From assembly GCF_963921235.1 (NCBI RefSeq), contig NC_086108.1, forward strand, positions 65,908,001-65,972,000: DNA of 64,000 bases, given 5' to 3'. Source of the DNA: Mobula hypostoma (taxonomy: Eukaryota). The notes beneath the pieces were generated by a model. It worked only from the letters and a program-made list of their open reading frames with translations, was not told the DNA's origin and did no database searches. The position numbers and the translations under genes were made by a program. Below are positions 32,040 to 44,529 of this stretch, piece by piece (the first letter of the stretch is position 1; every line of letters begins with the position of its first letter).

Positions 32040-32780
32040 GTACCTCTTCCAATAGATGCTGCCTGGCCTGCTGCGTTCACTAGCAACTTTTATGTGTGTT
32101 GCTTGAAATTCCAGCATCTGCAGATTTCCTCGTGTTTGCACTTCCTAATGTGAGTTAGCATAGTCTCAAAGTATTTTCTGCAGTAGGCGTATGGGATCAT
32201 TTTACTCGCAGGACAGCAGTTCTTTTGGAGCATTGTCATCTAAGCAGCTATTGTTATTTCATTCACCATACAATGAGATCTTTCAAACATAGCTTTTCTC
32301 ATTGTCCATTGTTTCTTTTTCTCTGCATCCCTCACTCCACGATGAAAGTTCTGATTTCCAGTAATGCTGCATACCACAGTGCTGGTCCTGACCACATTAC
32401 TGTTCTTCCACTTACTCCTTCCCTTTGCGTATGAAGTATCTAATAACTAATTGCAGTGAGGGCTAGGTGGGGCCACAACTGAAATAATTGAATATCCTGC
32501 TGGAATGTCAATCCAATGTACAGTACCAGTTAAAATGTTATAAATATATCGAGGACGCTAAAGAATATTTTCTAAAATCAAGACAGGTTCTGTGCATTGG
32601 AAATCATTATAAACACTGGAAATATGGAACAGTTCAGCTGCCATTGGTAAAGTGACAGATTTACATTCCTATTGCAAAGATTCTGTGAGAACAATTCACC
32701 TAAATTTTGACCTTCCGTAACAAATGCCGATTAAATATCAGGATTTTCAGTACTTCATCAATTTGTGTTTGAGAACATCA

Positions 32781-32786
32781 AATAAA
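32781..32786 (+). terminator. Candidate CMPK1 polyadenylation signal
   Basis: First canonical AATAAA I find after the stop codon (ATTAAA at 32730; another AATAAA at 33006). This would give a 3' UTR of about 2.3 kb. Confidence 0.5.
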
Positions 32787-33413
32787 AGTTTTACTTGAAT
32801 CTCTAATTCCAATCCTTCTAGTTTGAACATTGAATTCTGAGAAATTTGTCCATTTATTTAATATAAGAATGACCAGAATACCTCATTTCATTTAACATTC
32901 GTCTGCTTTTGTATACTTTTTGTTATTTTTCTAAATAATAATTAACTAAATAATTAAATCATAATTTGAATTTCTATTATAATTGATAGCATTCTCCTCA
33001 AATGTAATAAAATAAGGACTCCTGCTTGCAAAGGTGCAGTAAATATTATTAGAAACAAAGAGATAATTAATAATGTACTCCAGATGTGTATTTTGAGCTG
33101 CCAAGGCTTGGAAGGTGCTTGCAATTTGTATTTTATGATTAGCTGACATTTAATATTAAATAATTACAATTCATTCCATTTCTGTAGGTATGACTAACTT
33201 CTTTTGCAGCATCTTTAGCTTTTGTATCTGGTCATTTCTGACTACATGAAAGCATTTTCAAATCATTAGCAATATTAGACCTCTGTATAAATGTAGATTA
33301 TCTATTTGGTTATTAGTATTGCAGATTAAAAGAAGTAAAGAAAAATTGACTGCATGTTTGTGTTTGAATTTGAAGAAAAATCATATTTTAGCTTGTAGCT
33401 TGGATTTGTAGTT

Positions 33414-35007
33414 GGCAGATAAATCCCCAGGGCCAGATGGTCTGCATCCCAGAGTGCTTAAGGAAGTGGCCCAAGAAATAGTGGATGCATTAGTGATAAT
33501 TTTTCAAAACTCGTTAGATTCTGGACTAGTTCCTGAGGATTGGAGGGTGGCTAATGTAACCCCACTTTTTAAAAAAGGAGGGAGAGAGAAACCGGGGAAT
33601 TATAGGCCGGTTAGCCTAACGTCGGTGGTGGGGAAACTGCTGGAGTCAGTTATCAAGGATGTGATAACAGCACATTTGGAAAGCGGTGAAATGATCGGAC
33701 AAAGTCAGCATGGATTTGTGAAAGGAAAATCATGTCTGACGAATCTCATAGAATTTTTTGAGGATGTAACTAGTAGAGTGGATAGGGGAGAACCAGTGGA
33801 TGTGGTATATTTGGATTTTCAAAAGGCTTTTGACAAGGTCCCACACAGGAGATTAGTGTGCAAACTTAAAGCACACGGTATTGGGGGTAAGGTATTGGTG
33901 TGGGTGGAGAATTGGTTAGCAGACAGGAAGCAAAGAGTGGGAATAAACGGGACCTTTTCAGAATGGCAGGCGGTGACTAGTGGGGTACCGCAAGGCTCAG
34001 TGCTGGGACCCCAGTTGTTTACAATATATATTAATGACTTGGATGAGGGAATTAAATGCAGCATCTCCAAGTTTGCGGATGACACAAAGCTGGGTGGCAG
34101 TGTTAGCAGTGAGGAGGATGCTAAGAGGATGCAGGGTGACTTGGATAGGTTGGGTGAGTGGGCAAATTCATGGCAGATGCAATTTAATGTGGATAAATGT
34201 GAAGTTATCCACTTTGGTGGCAAAAATAGGAAAACAGATTATTATCTGAATGGTGGCCGATTAGGAAAAGGGGAGGTGCAACGAGACCTGGGTGTCATTA
34301 TACACCAGTCATTGAAAGTGGGCATGCAGGTACAGCAGGCGGTGAAAAAGGCGAACGGTATGCTGGCATTTATAGCGAGAGGATTCGAGTACAGGAGCAG
34401 GGAGGTACTACTGCAGTTGTACAAGGCCTTGGTGAGACCACACCTGGAGTATTGTGTGCAGTTTTGGTCCCCTATTCTGAGGAAAGACATCTTTGCCATA
34501 GAGGGAGTACAGAGAAGGTTCACCAGATTGATTCCTGGGATGGCAGGTCTTTCATATGAAGAAAGACTGGATGAACTGGGCTTGTACTCGTTGGAATTTA
34601 GAAGATTGGGGGGGGATCTGATTGAAACGTATAAGATCCTAAAGGGATTGGACAGGCTAGATGCGGGAAGATTGTTCCCGATGTTGGGGAGGTCTAGAAC
34701 GAGGGGTCACAGTTTGAGGATAGAGGGGAAGCCTTTTAGGACCGAGATTAGGAAAAACTTCTTCACACAGAGAGTGGTGAATCTGTGGAATTCTCTGCCA
34801 CAGCAAACTGTTGAGGCCAGTTCATTAGCTATGTTTAAAAGGAAGTTAGATATGGCCCTTGTGGCTACAGGGGTCAGGGGGTATGGAGGGAAGGCTGGGT
34901 TCTGAGTTGGATGATCAGCCATGATCATAATAAATGGCGGTGCAGGCTCGAAGGGCCGAATGGCCTACTCCTGCACCTATTTTCTATGTTTCTATGTTTC
35001 TATGTTT
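33414..35007 (+). mobile_element. Young CR1 LINE, 5'-truncated, RT domain uninterrupted
   Basis: ORF 33412..34905 nearly identical to the C-terminal half of 11782..14814, with KFADD intact; (TTTCTATG)3 tail. Confidence 0.93.
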
Positions 35008-37432
35008 ATGGGTGGTATGAGAGAATATATTTTTATGTTTGGCTCCATATGGTAGATCCATACTTTATTTTTATCTACTCTCTGTCCCCTGAAGAAGGCT
35101 TTTGAATAGTGTGCCTTAGAGTTTGCAGGTGAAGCATGGTGAACTACTTGACTGGTTACTGACACATTTGGGGAAGTTGTTACTGTTTCTTGCATCATCT
35201 GCTTCATTAGCCATAAAGCACTTTGAATTCTATGAAGGGGATGTGGGAAAAGCTGTGTAAATGCAATATTTTTTTTTTATCTTGAATGGCGAGGAGGGAA
35301 GCAGAGACTGACTCTGTGATCATCTGCAATCCAGTCACTATTTTACAAAGTAGAATGGTAATTTTGTTTTTTTTTCCCTCCCCAAGCCTGAGCCAGGATC
35401 TTAGAAACAAGTTGGCTCCACTATACAATGCAGTCACGATTGATACCTTTTTTTGTGTACAGGTCTATTTATTTCTTTCCTAAATATACTGTATTTCGTG
35501 AACTTGATCTCCACAGCCTTCTGTGGTGGAGTGGTGGAGTATTTCACAAATTCACCACCCTATGAGAGAAGAACCTTCTCATTTCTAAATGTCATTTTGC
35601 ATAGCTGGTTCAAGACCCTGTATCCAGAGAAAATCTCTTCCCTGCATCTATGCTGTTGAGTCCTGTCAGAATTTTGAACATTTCAGTCAGATCTCTCATT
35701 CTTCTAAATCCGAGGTGATACATTCTCTCATATAACAGACTTGTCATCGCGTATTCAGATTGATGATTGCATTTCTCTATGGCAAACATTTCCTGCCTTT
35801 GGTAAGGAAATCAAAACTGCACAAATGACTCCAGGTGTTATCTGGCTACAGCCCTGTAAATTGTAGCAAGACGTCACTGTTCCCTCCTAGACATGGGGAG
35901 TGTGCTGACGCACAGTGCTCCCGAGCATGTAACCTTTGTTGCCATGCAGCTGAAGTTTCCTTACATTTAAACCTTTAAAGTGCTGCTTATTTTTCAGGTT
36001 ATGTAAAAATTTCCTGCTTAGAACAATGGCTGGTCCACACAGCTGTAACAAAAAAATAGAGGGAGTATTGCAAGACATTCTTGCTCCTGTATTCAAAACT
36101 TTAATGAAGGACTGTATGTAATTTTTTGATGTTCCTGCTGATTTCTTTGTACATCAACATTTCCCAATCTATCATCTGTTAAAAGATCAGATGCCATTAC
36201 ATTTTCCTACATATTTATCCATGTTATAGTGCATCTGTTATGTATTTTAACTTGGCTGGAAGCCTGATTTCATTCTGCATATAACTTGCATCCCAGCCAA
36301 ATTTTGTGTTGGGGATAGACTTAAAAATTCTGCATTTAGTTCCTTCAATGAAATTATTGATGTACAAATTGAATATCTGTGGCCCAAACACAGATGCTGT
36401 GTTCCTTGCTAGTCATCGCCTTGCCTTGAAAAATACTTATTTATTCTTGATCTTTTTCCTTTCTGTTAATTCCTCTTAGTATTATTTGGCCCTTGGCTCT
36501 ATGCTTGTTGTAGACTTTAATTCAACTATACCCCTTCTCCAGTTCTGTTTCACCTTTCTCCACTGCTTGTTCATGTGTGGGTACGAAGCGATAGAGGATG
36601 AATGGACAAAATGTTGGACTGCGAAGCAATGGGAACTGCATCGTTAATATTCTGATCATGGAAACAAGCAGGTATTGGCTCGGAAACATTCAGGTCAGTA
36701 GCAGAATATCAGCTGAGAGATTTAATATGCTTCTTTAGGGCATTTTTGATTTAGTATGCTTGTCTTCATAGCCTGAGGAATTTAGTATAAGATAGTAGTC
36801 ATGTTGCAGTTATACAATAAAAACATTGATTAGACTGCGCTTAGAGATTTGTGCACATTTCTGGTCACCACACCACAGGAAGGATGTGGTAGCAATAAAA
36901 AGTGTGAAAGAGATTAACCAGGATGTTAGATAGGTCAGGTTTATGTTCACTGGAATGTAGAAGGCAAGGTGGTGACCATATATCCCAGCCATTGAGCACA
37001 TTTACATGAAGCACTGTCACAAGGAAGCAGTATCTATCAAGGATTTTCCGGGTTATACTCTCTTCTCACTACTACCATAGGGCAGCAGGTACAGAGGTCT
37101 TAGGACCCACACCACCAGGTTCAGGACAGGTACCACCGACAACCATAGTCTCCTGAACCATCTTGGGTAACTCCTCCACCTCAACACTGAACTGAGTCTA
37201 TTACCCACAGACTCACTTTCAATGTTATTTTTTTATTTGTGCAATTCGTCTTCTTTTGCCCATTGGGTATTTGTTTGTCTTTGTTTCTGTATAGTTTGTA
37301 TATGTATAGTTTTTTTTTTACAGAAAATTAATCTCAAGGTAGTATATGCTAACATATGCCTATTTTGATATTAAATTTACTTTGACTGACTTTAATAGAA
37401 TTGTAGCAGGCCGAACAACAAGAAGTAGGTTA

Positions 37433-37625
37433 CAGACGAGAAAATCTGCTGATGCTGGAAATCCAAAGCAACATCTATGGAAGAGAATAAATAATCGACA
37501 GGTCAGGCTGAGACCCTTCTCCAGTCTTAAAGAAGGATCTTTAATGGAATGTTGACTGTTTACTCTTTTCCATTGATGCTGCCTGACCTGTTGAATTCCT
37601 CCAGCATTTTGTGTGTGTGTTGCTT
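37433..37625. mobile_element. Older fold-back Penelope-like insertion with 10-bp TSD
   Basis: Opposed copies of the PLE 3' end; aagtaggtta at 37423-37432 and 37626-37635. Confidence 0.7.
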
Positions 37626-38729
37626 AAGTAGGTTAGATTCAGCTAGGTGCACCTAACACTTTTCAGAGTATGTTTATGACGTCAAATAATGCTTTTCCCT
37701 TGAGCAACAAAAGATTGCAAACATTCAAACAATTAAATCATTTGATACAGTTCTGTTACATAACTTGTATATAAACTTCAATAATTTTGTTTCATTATTT
37801 CAGTTTCACCACTAGGTGGATGTATAGGTTCATGTTCTTTAGTCTTTCCATCCTGCCTCATGTTGATCTGTACAATAATAAAATTATTGATACAGTACAC
37901 TGAGGTCTCTGAGATTGTGTCTTAAAGCAAAGCCTCGTTGTAATGTAGCTTGAATGAAAGTACAGTTCACAAATGAATGTTTAGAATTTTGAAAAAAATG
38001 CTGGTTTCCAAAATTCTGCCTCTAGCTACTTTTCCTTCATAAGGATATTTTGATATGTGTCCTTTCAGGCAGGGTCTGTAGGAGGAGGCACGTAATGTTG
38101 AGTATGTCTTAGCTTGGAAGGTGATGAAAAGTCAGAATGGTCTCTGCCATTTACTGGTCTGAAATTTTGTTTGTTGACCTTAGCAGTTTATTATTTCTCT
38201 TGTCTTTTCTCCCATCATGCAGAAGAAAAATAAGTCTGACAGGCTCAAGGACTGTTATAGGATAATCACGTGGGTCCCTAGAATAAATTAGACACTTGAC
38301 CTCATAAGTTACCTTTATGACCGCACACCTTATTGTCCACAGGCATTGTATTTTCTTGTGGCTATTATACTTTATTCTACATAGTAATTTTTTTTATCTC
38401 ATACTAACTCAGTGTACTCTGTAATGAATTTATCTATGTGAACAATATTCCAGACAAGCTTTTCACTGTACCTCAGTGCACGTGACAACAATAAACCTTT
38501 TATCAAATGTTTTCTGTAAGTGCCAGCTGGATCCTTGCCTATATTAATCTCACATAATTTTCCCACTCTTTTGTTCAATTGTTTCAAGGTTACTCTTCCC
38601 TTAAGTTTTCTTTCCTATATTGTCTGTTACATGCTTACACTTAAATTATTTATGGGACTGTAAAACATTTTACATACTATATATTATTCTCAAATCTAAT
38701 TTGGAGTTCAGGCTTTAGTTCATCAAGGT

Positions 38730-41700
38730 TTTGCTGAGGAGAGAGCCATAGGATTTGAGTAGATATTGTTCCGTTATTTATTCCTTCCTTCTTTCTTATT
38801 GCACATTTAGAGCAGTGGGGTTCCCAGGCAGGACAGTGGAATGCTCCTCTTGTAGGATGTGGGAAGACAGGGAAACCTCCAATGTCCCCGATGACTACAT
38901 TTGCAAGAAGTGCATCCAGATCCAGCTTCTAACAGGCGGTGTTAAGGAGTTGGAGCTGGAACTGAATGAACTCTGGATAATTCAAGAAGCTGAGGGGTTG
39001 ATAGACAGGACGTAGAAGGAGGCAATTACAGCCAAGGTGCTGGACACAGGTAACAAGGTGACTGTCAGGAGGAGGAAAATGGATAGGCAGCCAGTGGCTG
39101 TTCCCCTCAACAACAGTTATATCACTTTGGATACTGTTGTGGGGGGGGGGGGGGGTGAGGTGATGACATAGTAAAGGAAAGCCACAGTGATCAGGTCTCT
39201 ATGTCAGAGTCCAGCTCTGTGGCTTAGAAGGGAAGGGAAAGAGAAGATGCAAGCTGTACTGATAGGAGATTCATTGGATAAAGTAATAGAAAGGAGGTTC
39301 TGTGGACTAGAACGAGATTCTGAGGTGGTATGTTGCCTCCTGCATGCCTGGATCAGGGGCATCTCAGACTGAGTCCAAAGTATTGATAAGTGGGAGGGCG
39401 AGCAGCCAGAAGTCATGGTCAACGTCAGTACCAATGAAATGGGTAGGAGGGTTGCCAAGGTCCGTCAAAGTGAGTTCAGGGAGTTAGGTGCCAAGTTGAA
39501 GGACAGGGCCTCCAGGGTTGTGATCTTAGGATTGTTACCTGTGCAATGTGCCAGTGAGGCCAGAACTAGGATGATCATACAATTTAACCCACAGCTAAGG
39601 GTTGCTGCAGGAGGGAGCTCTTCAGGTTTTTGGATAAAAGGACTCTCTTCCAGGGAAGGCGGGACATGTACAGGAGAGATTGTTTGCACCTGAACTCGAG
39701 GGGGACTAACATCATAGCAGAAAGGTTTGCAAGTGTTGCATAGAAGGGGATGGGGTGGTTTAAACTGGAATTGCAAGGGGATGGGAACCAGAATGCCAGA
39801 CCGCATAGTGGAGTGGCTGTAGAGAAAGATGCTGTTAAACCTACATAAAAAGTCAAGAATCAAAAGATTGAGCATGGTGGGACTACTATTCTGAGCTGCG
39901 TATATTTCAGTGCGAGGAGTATTCTAGGAAAGGTGGATGAGCATAGGGCATGGATTAGCACGTGAAATTATTTAGTGAGACTTGGTTGCAAGAGGGGCAG
40001 GACTGGCAGCTCAGTCCTCGAGGGTTCTATTGCTTGAGGCTTGATAGAGCAGGAGGGATTAAAGGGAGAGGGGTGGCATTACTAATCAGGGAAAATGTCA
40101 TAGCAGTGCTCAAATAGGACAGACTGGAGAACTCATCTAGTGGGTAGAACTGAGGAATAAGAAAGGTAAAACTACATTAATGGGATTATATTATAGTCCA
40201 CTCAACAGTCTGCAAGATGTAGAATTGTGATGAAGAGAAGCAAATTTGTAGAGTGATCGCAGACTGTTGCAAGAAACATAGGGATGTGATAGTAGGTGAT
40301 TTTAACTTTCCACACATTGACCCAACTAGGGAGAGTGTGATACTAGATCTCCTATTAGGGAATGAGACAGGGCAGGTGACAAGTTTGTGCAAGGGAACAC
40401 TTTACATCTAGTGATCATAATGCCTTTAATTTCAATGTAATTATGGAAAAAGATATGTCTGGTCTGTGGGTTGAGATTCTAAACTGGAGAAAGACCAATG
40501 TTGATGGTATCAGAAAGGATCTGGCAAGTGTGGATTGGGACAGGCTGTTTTCTGGCAAAGGTGTACTTTGTAAGTGCGACTCCTTCAAAAGTATTATTTT
40601 GAGAGTACGGAGTTTGTATGTTTCCTGCCAGAATCAAAGGTAAGGACAACAGGTTTAAGGAACGTTTGTTTTTTGAGAGATTTTGAGGCCCTTGTTAAGA
40701 AAAAGAAGGAAGTTCATAGCAGGTCTAGGCAGTAGGAACAAATGAGGTACTTGAGGAATATAAGAAATGCAAGAGAGTAAATCAGGAGAGCTAAAAGAAC
40801 TCAAGACATTGCTTTAGCAAACAATGTGAAGGAGAATCCTAAGGGTTCTTACAGATATATTAAGGACACAAGGATAGCAAACGACAAAATTTGTCCTCAG
40901 GAAGATCAGAGTAGTAATCTATGTGTGGAACTGAAAGAGATAGGAGAGGTCTTAAATGGATTATTTACATCTGTATTTACTCGGGAGATGGACACAGAGT
41001 CTATAGAAGTGAGGCAAAGCAGCAGCAAAGTCATGCACCCTATACAGATTACAGAAGAGGAGGTGTTTGCTGTCTTGAGGCAAATTAATGTGGATAAATC
41101 CCCAGGGCCTGACAAGATATTCCCTGTATCCTCTGGGAGGCTAGTGCAGAAATTGCAGCAGCCCGAGCAGATATATTTGAAACTTCCTTAGCCATGATGA
41201 AGTTTGGAGGAAAGCTATTGTTGTTCCATCGTTTAACAAAGGCTCTAAGAATAAGCCAGGGTATTATAGGCTGATGAACTTGAAATCAGTAGTGGGAAAG
41301 TTATTGGAAGGTATTCTAAAAGACTGGATATCCAAGTATTTGGATAGACAGGGACTGAATGGAGATAGTCAGCATGGCTTCGTGTGTGGTAGGTCATGTC
41401 TAACCTATCTTATAGAGTTTTTTGAGGAAGTTACCTGGGAAGTTGATGAAAGCAAGGCAGTTGATGCTGTCTACATGGACTTTAGCAAGACCTTTGACAA
41501 AGTCCCACATGGGAGGTTGGTCAGTCATTTGGTATTCAAGGTGAGGTAGTAAATTGGATTAGACATTGGCTTCATGGGAGAAGCCAGAGAGTGGTAGTAG
41601 ATGGTTGCCTCTCTGACTAGAGGACTGGTATCTGTTGTTGCTTGACATCTATATCAATGGTCCGGATGATAATATGATAAACTGGATCAGCAAGGAAGAC

Positions 41701-43820
41701 TATCAGAGCTTGCAGCAGGATCTGGATCAGCTGGAAAAATGGGCTGAAAAATGGCAGATGGAAATTAATGAAACAAGCATGAGGTGCTGTACTTTGGGAG
41801 GATTAACTAGCATAGGTCTTATTCGGTGATTGACAGGGCACTGAGGAGTGTGGTAGAACAGAGTGTTCGGAGAATACAGATCTATAATTCCTTGAAAGTG
41901 ACATCACAGTTAGATAGGGTTGTAAAGAAATCTTCTTTCAGATTGGCCTTCATATGCCCATGTACTGAGTACAGAAGTTAGGATGTTATTTTGAAGTTGT
42001 ATAAGATGTTGGTGAGGTCTAATTTGGAATATTGTGTGCAGTTTCAGTCAACTACTTACAGGAAGAATGTAAATAAGATTGAAAGAGCGCAGAAAGAACT
42101 TAGATGGAAGTTGCTGGGACTTGAGGACCTGAGTTATAAAGAAAGGTTGAATAGAACATAGAACATAGAACAGTACAGCACAGTACAGGTCCTTCGGCCC
42201 ACAATGTTGTGCCGACCCTTAAAAACCCTGCCTCCCATATAACCCCCCACCTTAAATTCCTCCATATGCCTGTCTAGTAGTCTCTTAAATTTCACTAGTG
42301 TATCTGCCTCCACCACTGACTCAGGCAGTGCATTCCATGCACCAACCATTCTCTGAGTAAAAAACCTTCCTCTAATATCCCCCTTGAACTTCCCACCCCT
42401 TACCTTAAAGCCATGTCCTCTTGTATTGAGCAGTGGTGCCCTGGGGAAGAGGTGCTGGCTGTCCATTCTATCTATTCCTCTTAATATCTTGTATACCTCT
42501 ATCATGTATCCTCCCAACCTCCTTCTCTCCAGAGAGTAAAGCCCCTAGCTCCCTTAATCTCTGATCATAATGCATAGTCTCTAAACCAGGCAGCACCCTG
42601 GTAAATCTCCTCTGTACCCTTTCCAATGCTTCCACGTCCTTCCTATAGTGAGGCGACCAGAACTGGATACAGTACTCCAGGTGTGGCCTAACCAGAGTTT
42701 TATAGAGCAGCATCATTACCCCGCGATTCTTAAACTCTATCCCTCGACTTATGAAAGCTAACACTCCATAAGCTTTCTTAATTACCCTATTTACCTGTGA
42801 GGCAACTTTCAGGGATCTGTGGAAATGTACTCCAAGATCCCTCTGCTCCTCCACACTTCCAAGTATCCTGCCATTTACTTTGTACTCTGCCTTAGAGTTT
42901 GTCCTTCCAAAGTGTACCACCCCACACTTCTCTGGGTTGAATTCCATCTGCCACTTCTCAGTCCATTTCTGCATCTTATCAATGTCTCTCTGCAATCTTC
43001 GACAATCCTCTACACTATCCACAACACCACCAACCTTTATGTCATCTGCAAACTTGCCAACCCACCCTTCTACCCCCACATCCAGGTAGTTAATAAAAAT
43101 CATGAAAAGTAGAGGTCCCAGAACTGATCCTTGTGGGACACCACTAGTCACAACTCTCCAATCTGAATGTAGTCCCTCCACCATAACCCTCTGCTTTCTG
43201 CAGGCAAGCCAATTCTGAATCCACCTGGCCAAACTTCCCTGGATCCCATGCCTTCTGACTTTCTGAATAAGCCTACCATGTGGAACTTTGTCAAATGCCC
43301 TAGTAAAATCCATGTAGATCACATCCACTGCACTACTCTCATCTATATGCCTGGTCACCTCCTCAAAGAACTCTATCAGGCTTGTTAGACATGATCTGCC
43401 CTAGGTCCTAACCTAATAGGTTAGGACTTCTTTTCCTAGAATGTAGAAGATTGAGGTGAGATTTGTTAGAGGTACATAGGATAAAAGCAAGCAAGCTTTT
43501 TCCACTGAAGTTGAATGAGAATACAATTAGAGAGGATTGGTTAAGGGTGAAAGGTAAAATGTTTAAGGGAAACATAAGGGGAAACTTCCTTGACTCAGAG
43601 AATGTGGAGTGTAGAACAAGCTGCCAGAAAACATGGCGGATACAGGTTCAATTTCAACATTTAAGAGAAATTTGGATAGGCACATGGATGGTGGAGGGGG
43701 GATGCAGTATGGAGGGCTTTGGGCCGGGTGCAGGTCGCTAGGGCTAGGCAGATTAGTGATTCAGCATGGACAAAGGGCTGAAGGGCCTGTTTATGTGCTC
43801 GAGTGTTCCATGGCTCTATA
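38730..43820 (+). mobile_element. Near-full-length degraded CR1 (ORF1 zinc finger and SGNH esterase; ORF2 EN and RT), split by 42151..43401
   Basis: ORF1 remnants VECSSCRMWE...YICKKC, VLIGDSL, VCCLLHA, VNVSTNE, HLNSRGTN; ORF2 remnants VGDFNFP, VDKSPGPDKI, SQHGFV, YMDFSKTFDKVPH. Confidence 0.85.
42151..43401 (-). mobile_element. Younger 5'-truncated CR1 nested antisense in the old CR1
   Basis: ORF 42468..43358(-): YMDFTRAFDKVPH...GVPQGSVLGP...KFADD; (TTCTATG)3 tail at 42151-42171; aatag duplicated at 42150-42154 and 43415-43419. Confidence 0.9.
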
Positions 43821-44529
43821 ATTACTCTGTGACTCTATAATATCCCTTCTCATTGAACAGAAAGGAAGAAATGCATTTGTCCACAAGCATTTTAAAACTT
43901 CGTGGTATTGTCTTGCAACTAATAAGGTACTTCTTTAGTTATGCATTAAACAGTTGAAAGCAAGGCTATAATGTCACAAGTGAAAGACTTATTTTGCTCA
44001 TTAGCTTAATTCTCAAAGGACTCAATATACTCTGGATTTTCTGATTAATTAAGATGACTACATGTAGAATTTATGAGACTGATATCACAAACTCAGAATT
44101 GTTAGATTTTCATGACTAGTTGTGGTAAGTTAATACATGAGAGTTCTACATGAAGAACCAGGTCGTAACACGGCTAAACTTGCAATTTCTGTTGATTGCT
44201 GCTGACATGACTGCTTCACTTGCAGTGCTTATGCAAAAAATCCTCCTGAACGCTTTTTCACCTGATCCCTCAGTTTACTACGCTAGAGGATTATTTAGTC
44301 ATCGAGCAATAGAGCATGGATACGGACTCTTTAGCCCAATGAGTTCATGCCAAATCTTGTATCCACCCATCTAGTCCCGATTTCCTGCATTATCCCTCTC
44401 AGACCCAACCTTCCACATAATATCCATTATTAATTTAGAAATTCACGTCTGTAAACCAGAGGTCCACGTGTCAGTCCTCATCAGGAGATCAGAGGTGGAG
44501 AGAGTCAGCAATTTTAAGTACCTGATTGT

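Larger units (their letters stand above)
31379..32138. mobile_element. 760-bp fold-back (inverted-repeat) Penelope-like insertion with 15-bp TSD
   Basis: Arms about 31378-31712 and 31750-32099 (about 10 substitutions plus one 15-nt indel); cacttcctaatgtga at 31364-31378 and 32139-32153. Confidence 0.92.

Noticed and set aside
31339..32153. Several 116-204 aa ORFs on both strands
   Set aside because: Low-complexity translations of the palindromic repeat arms
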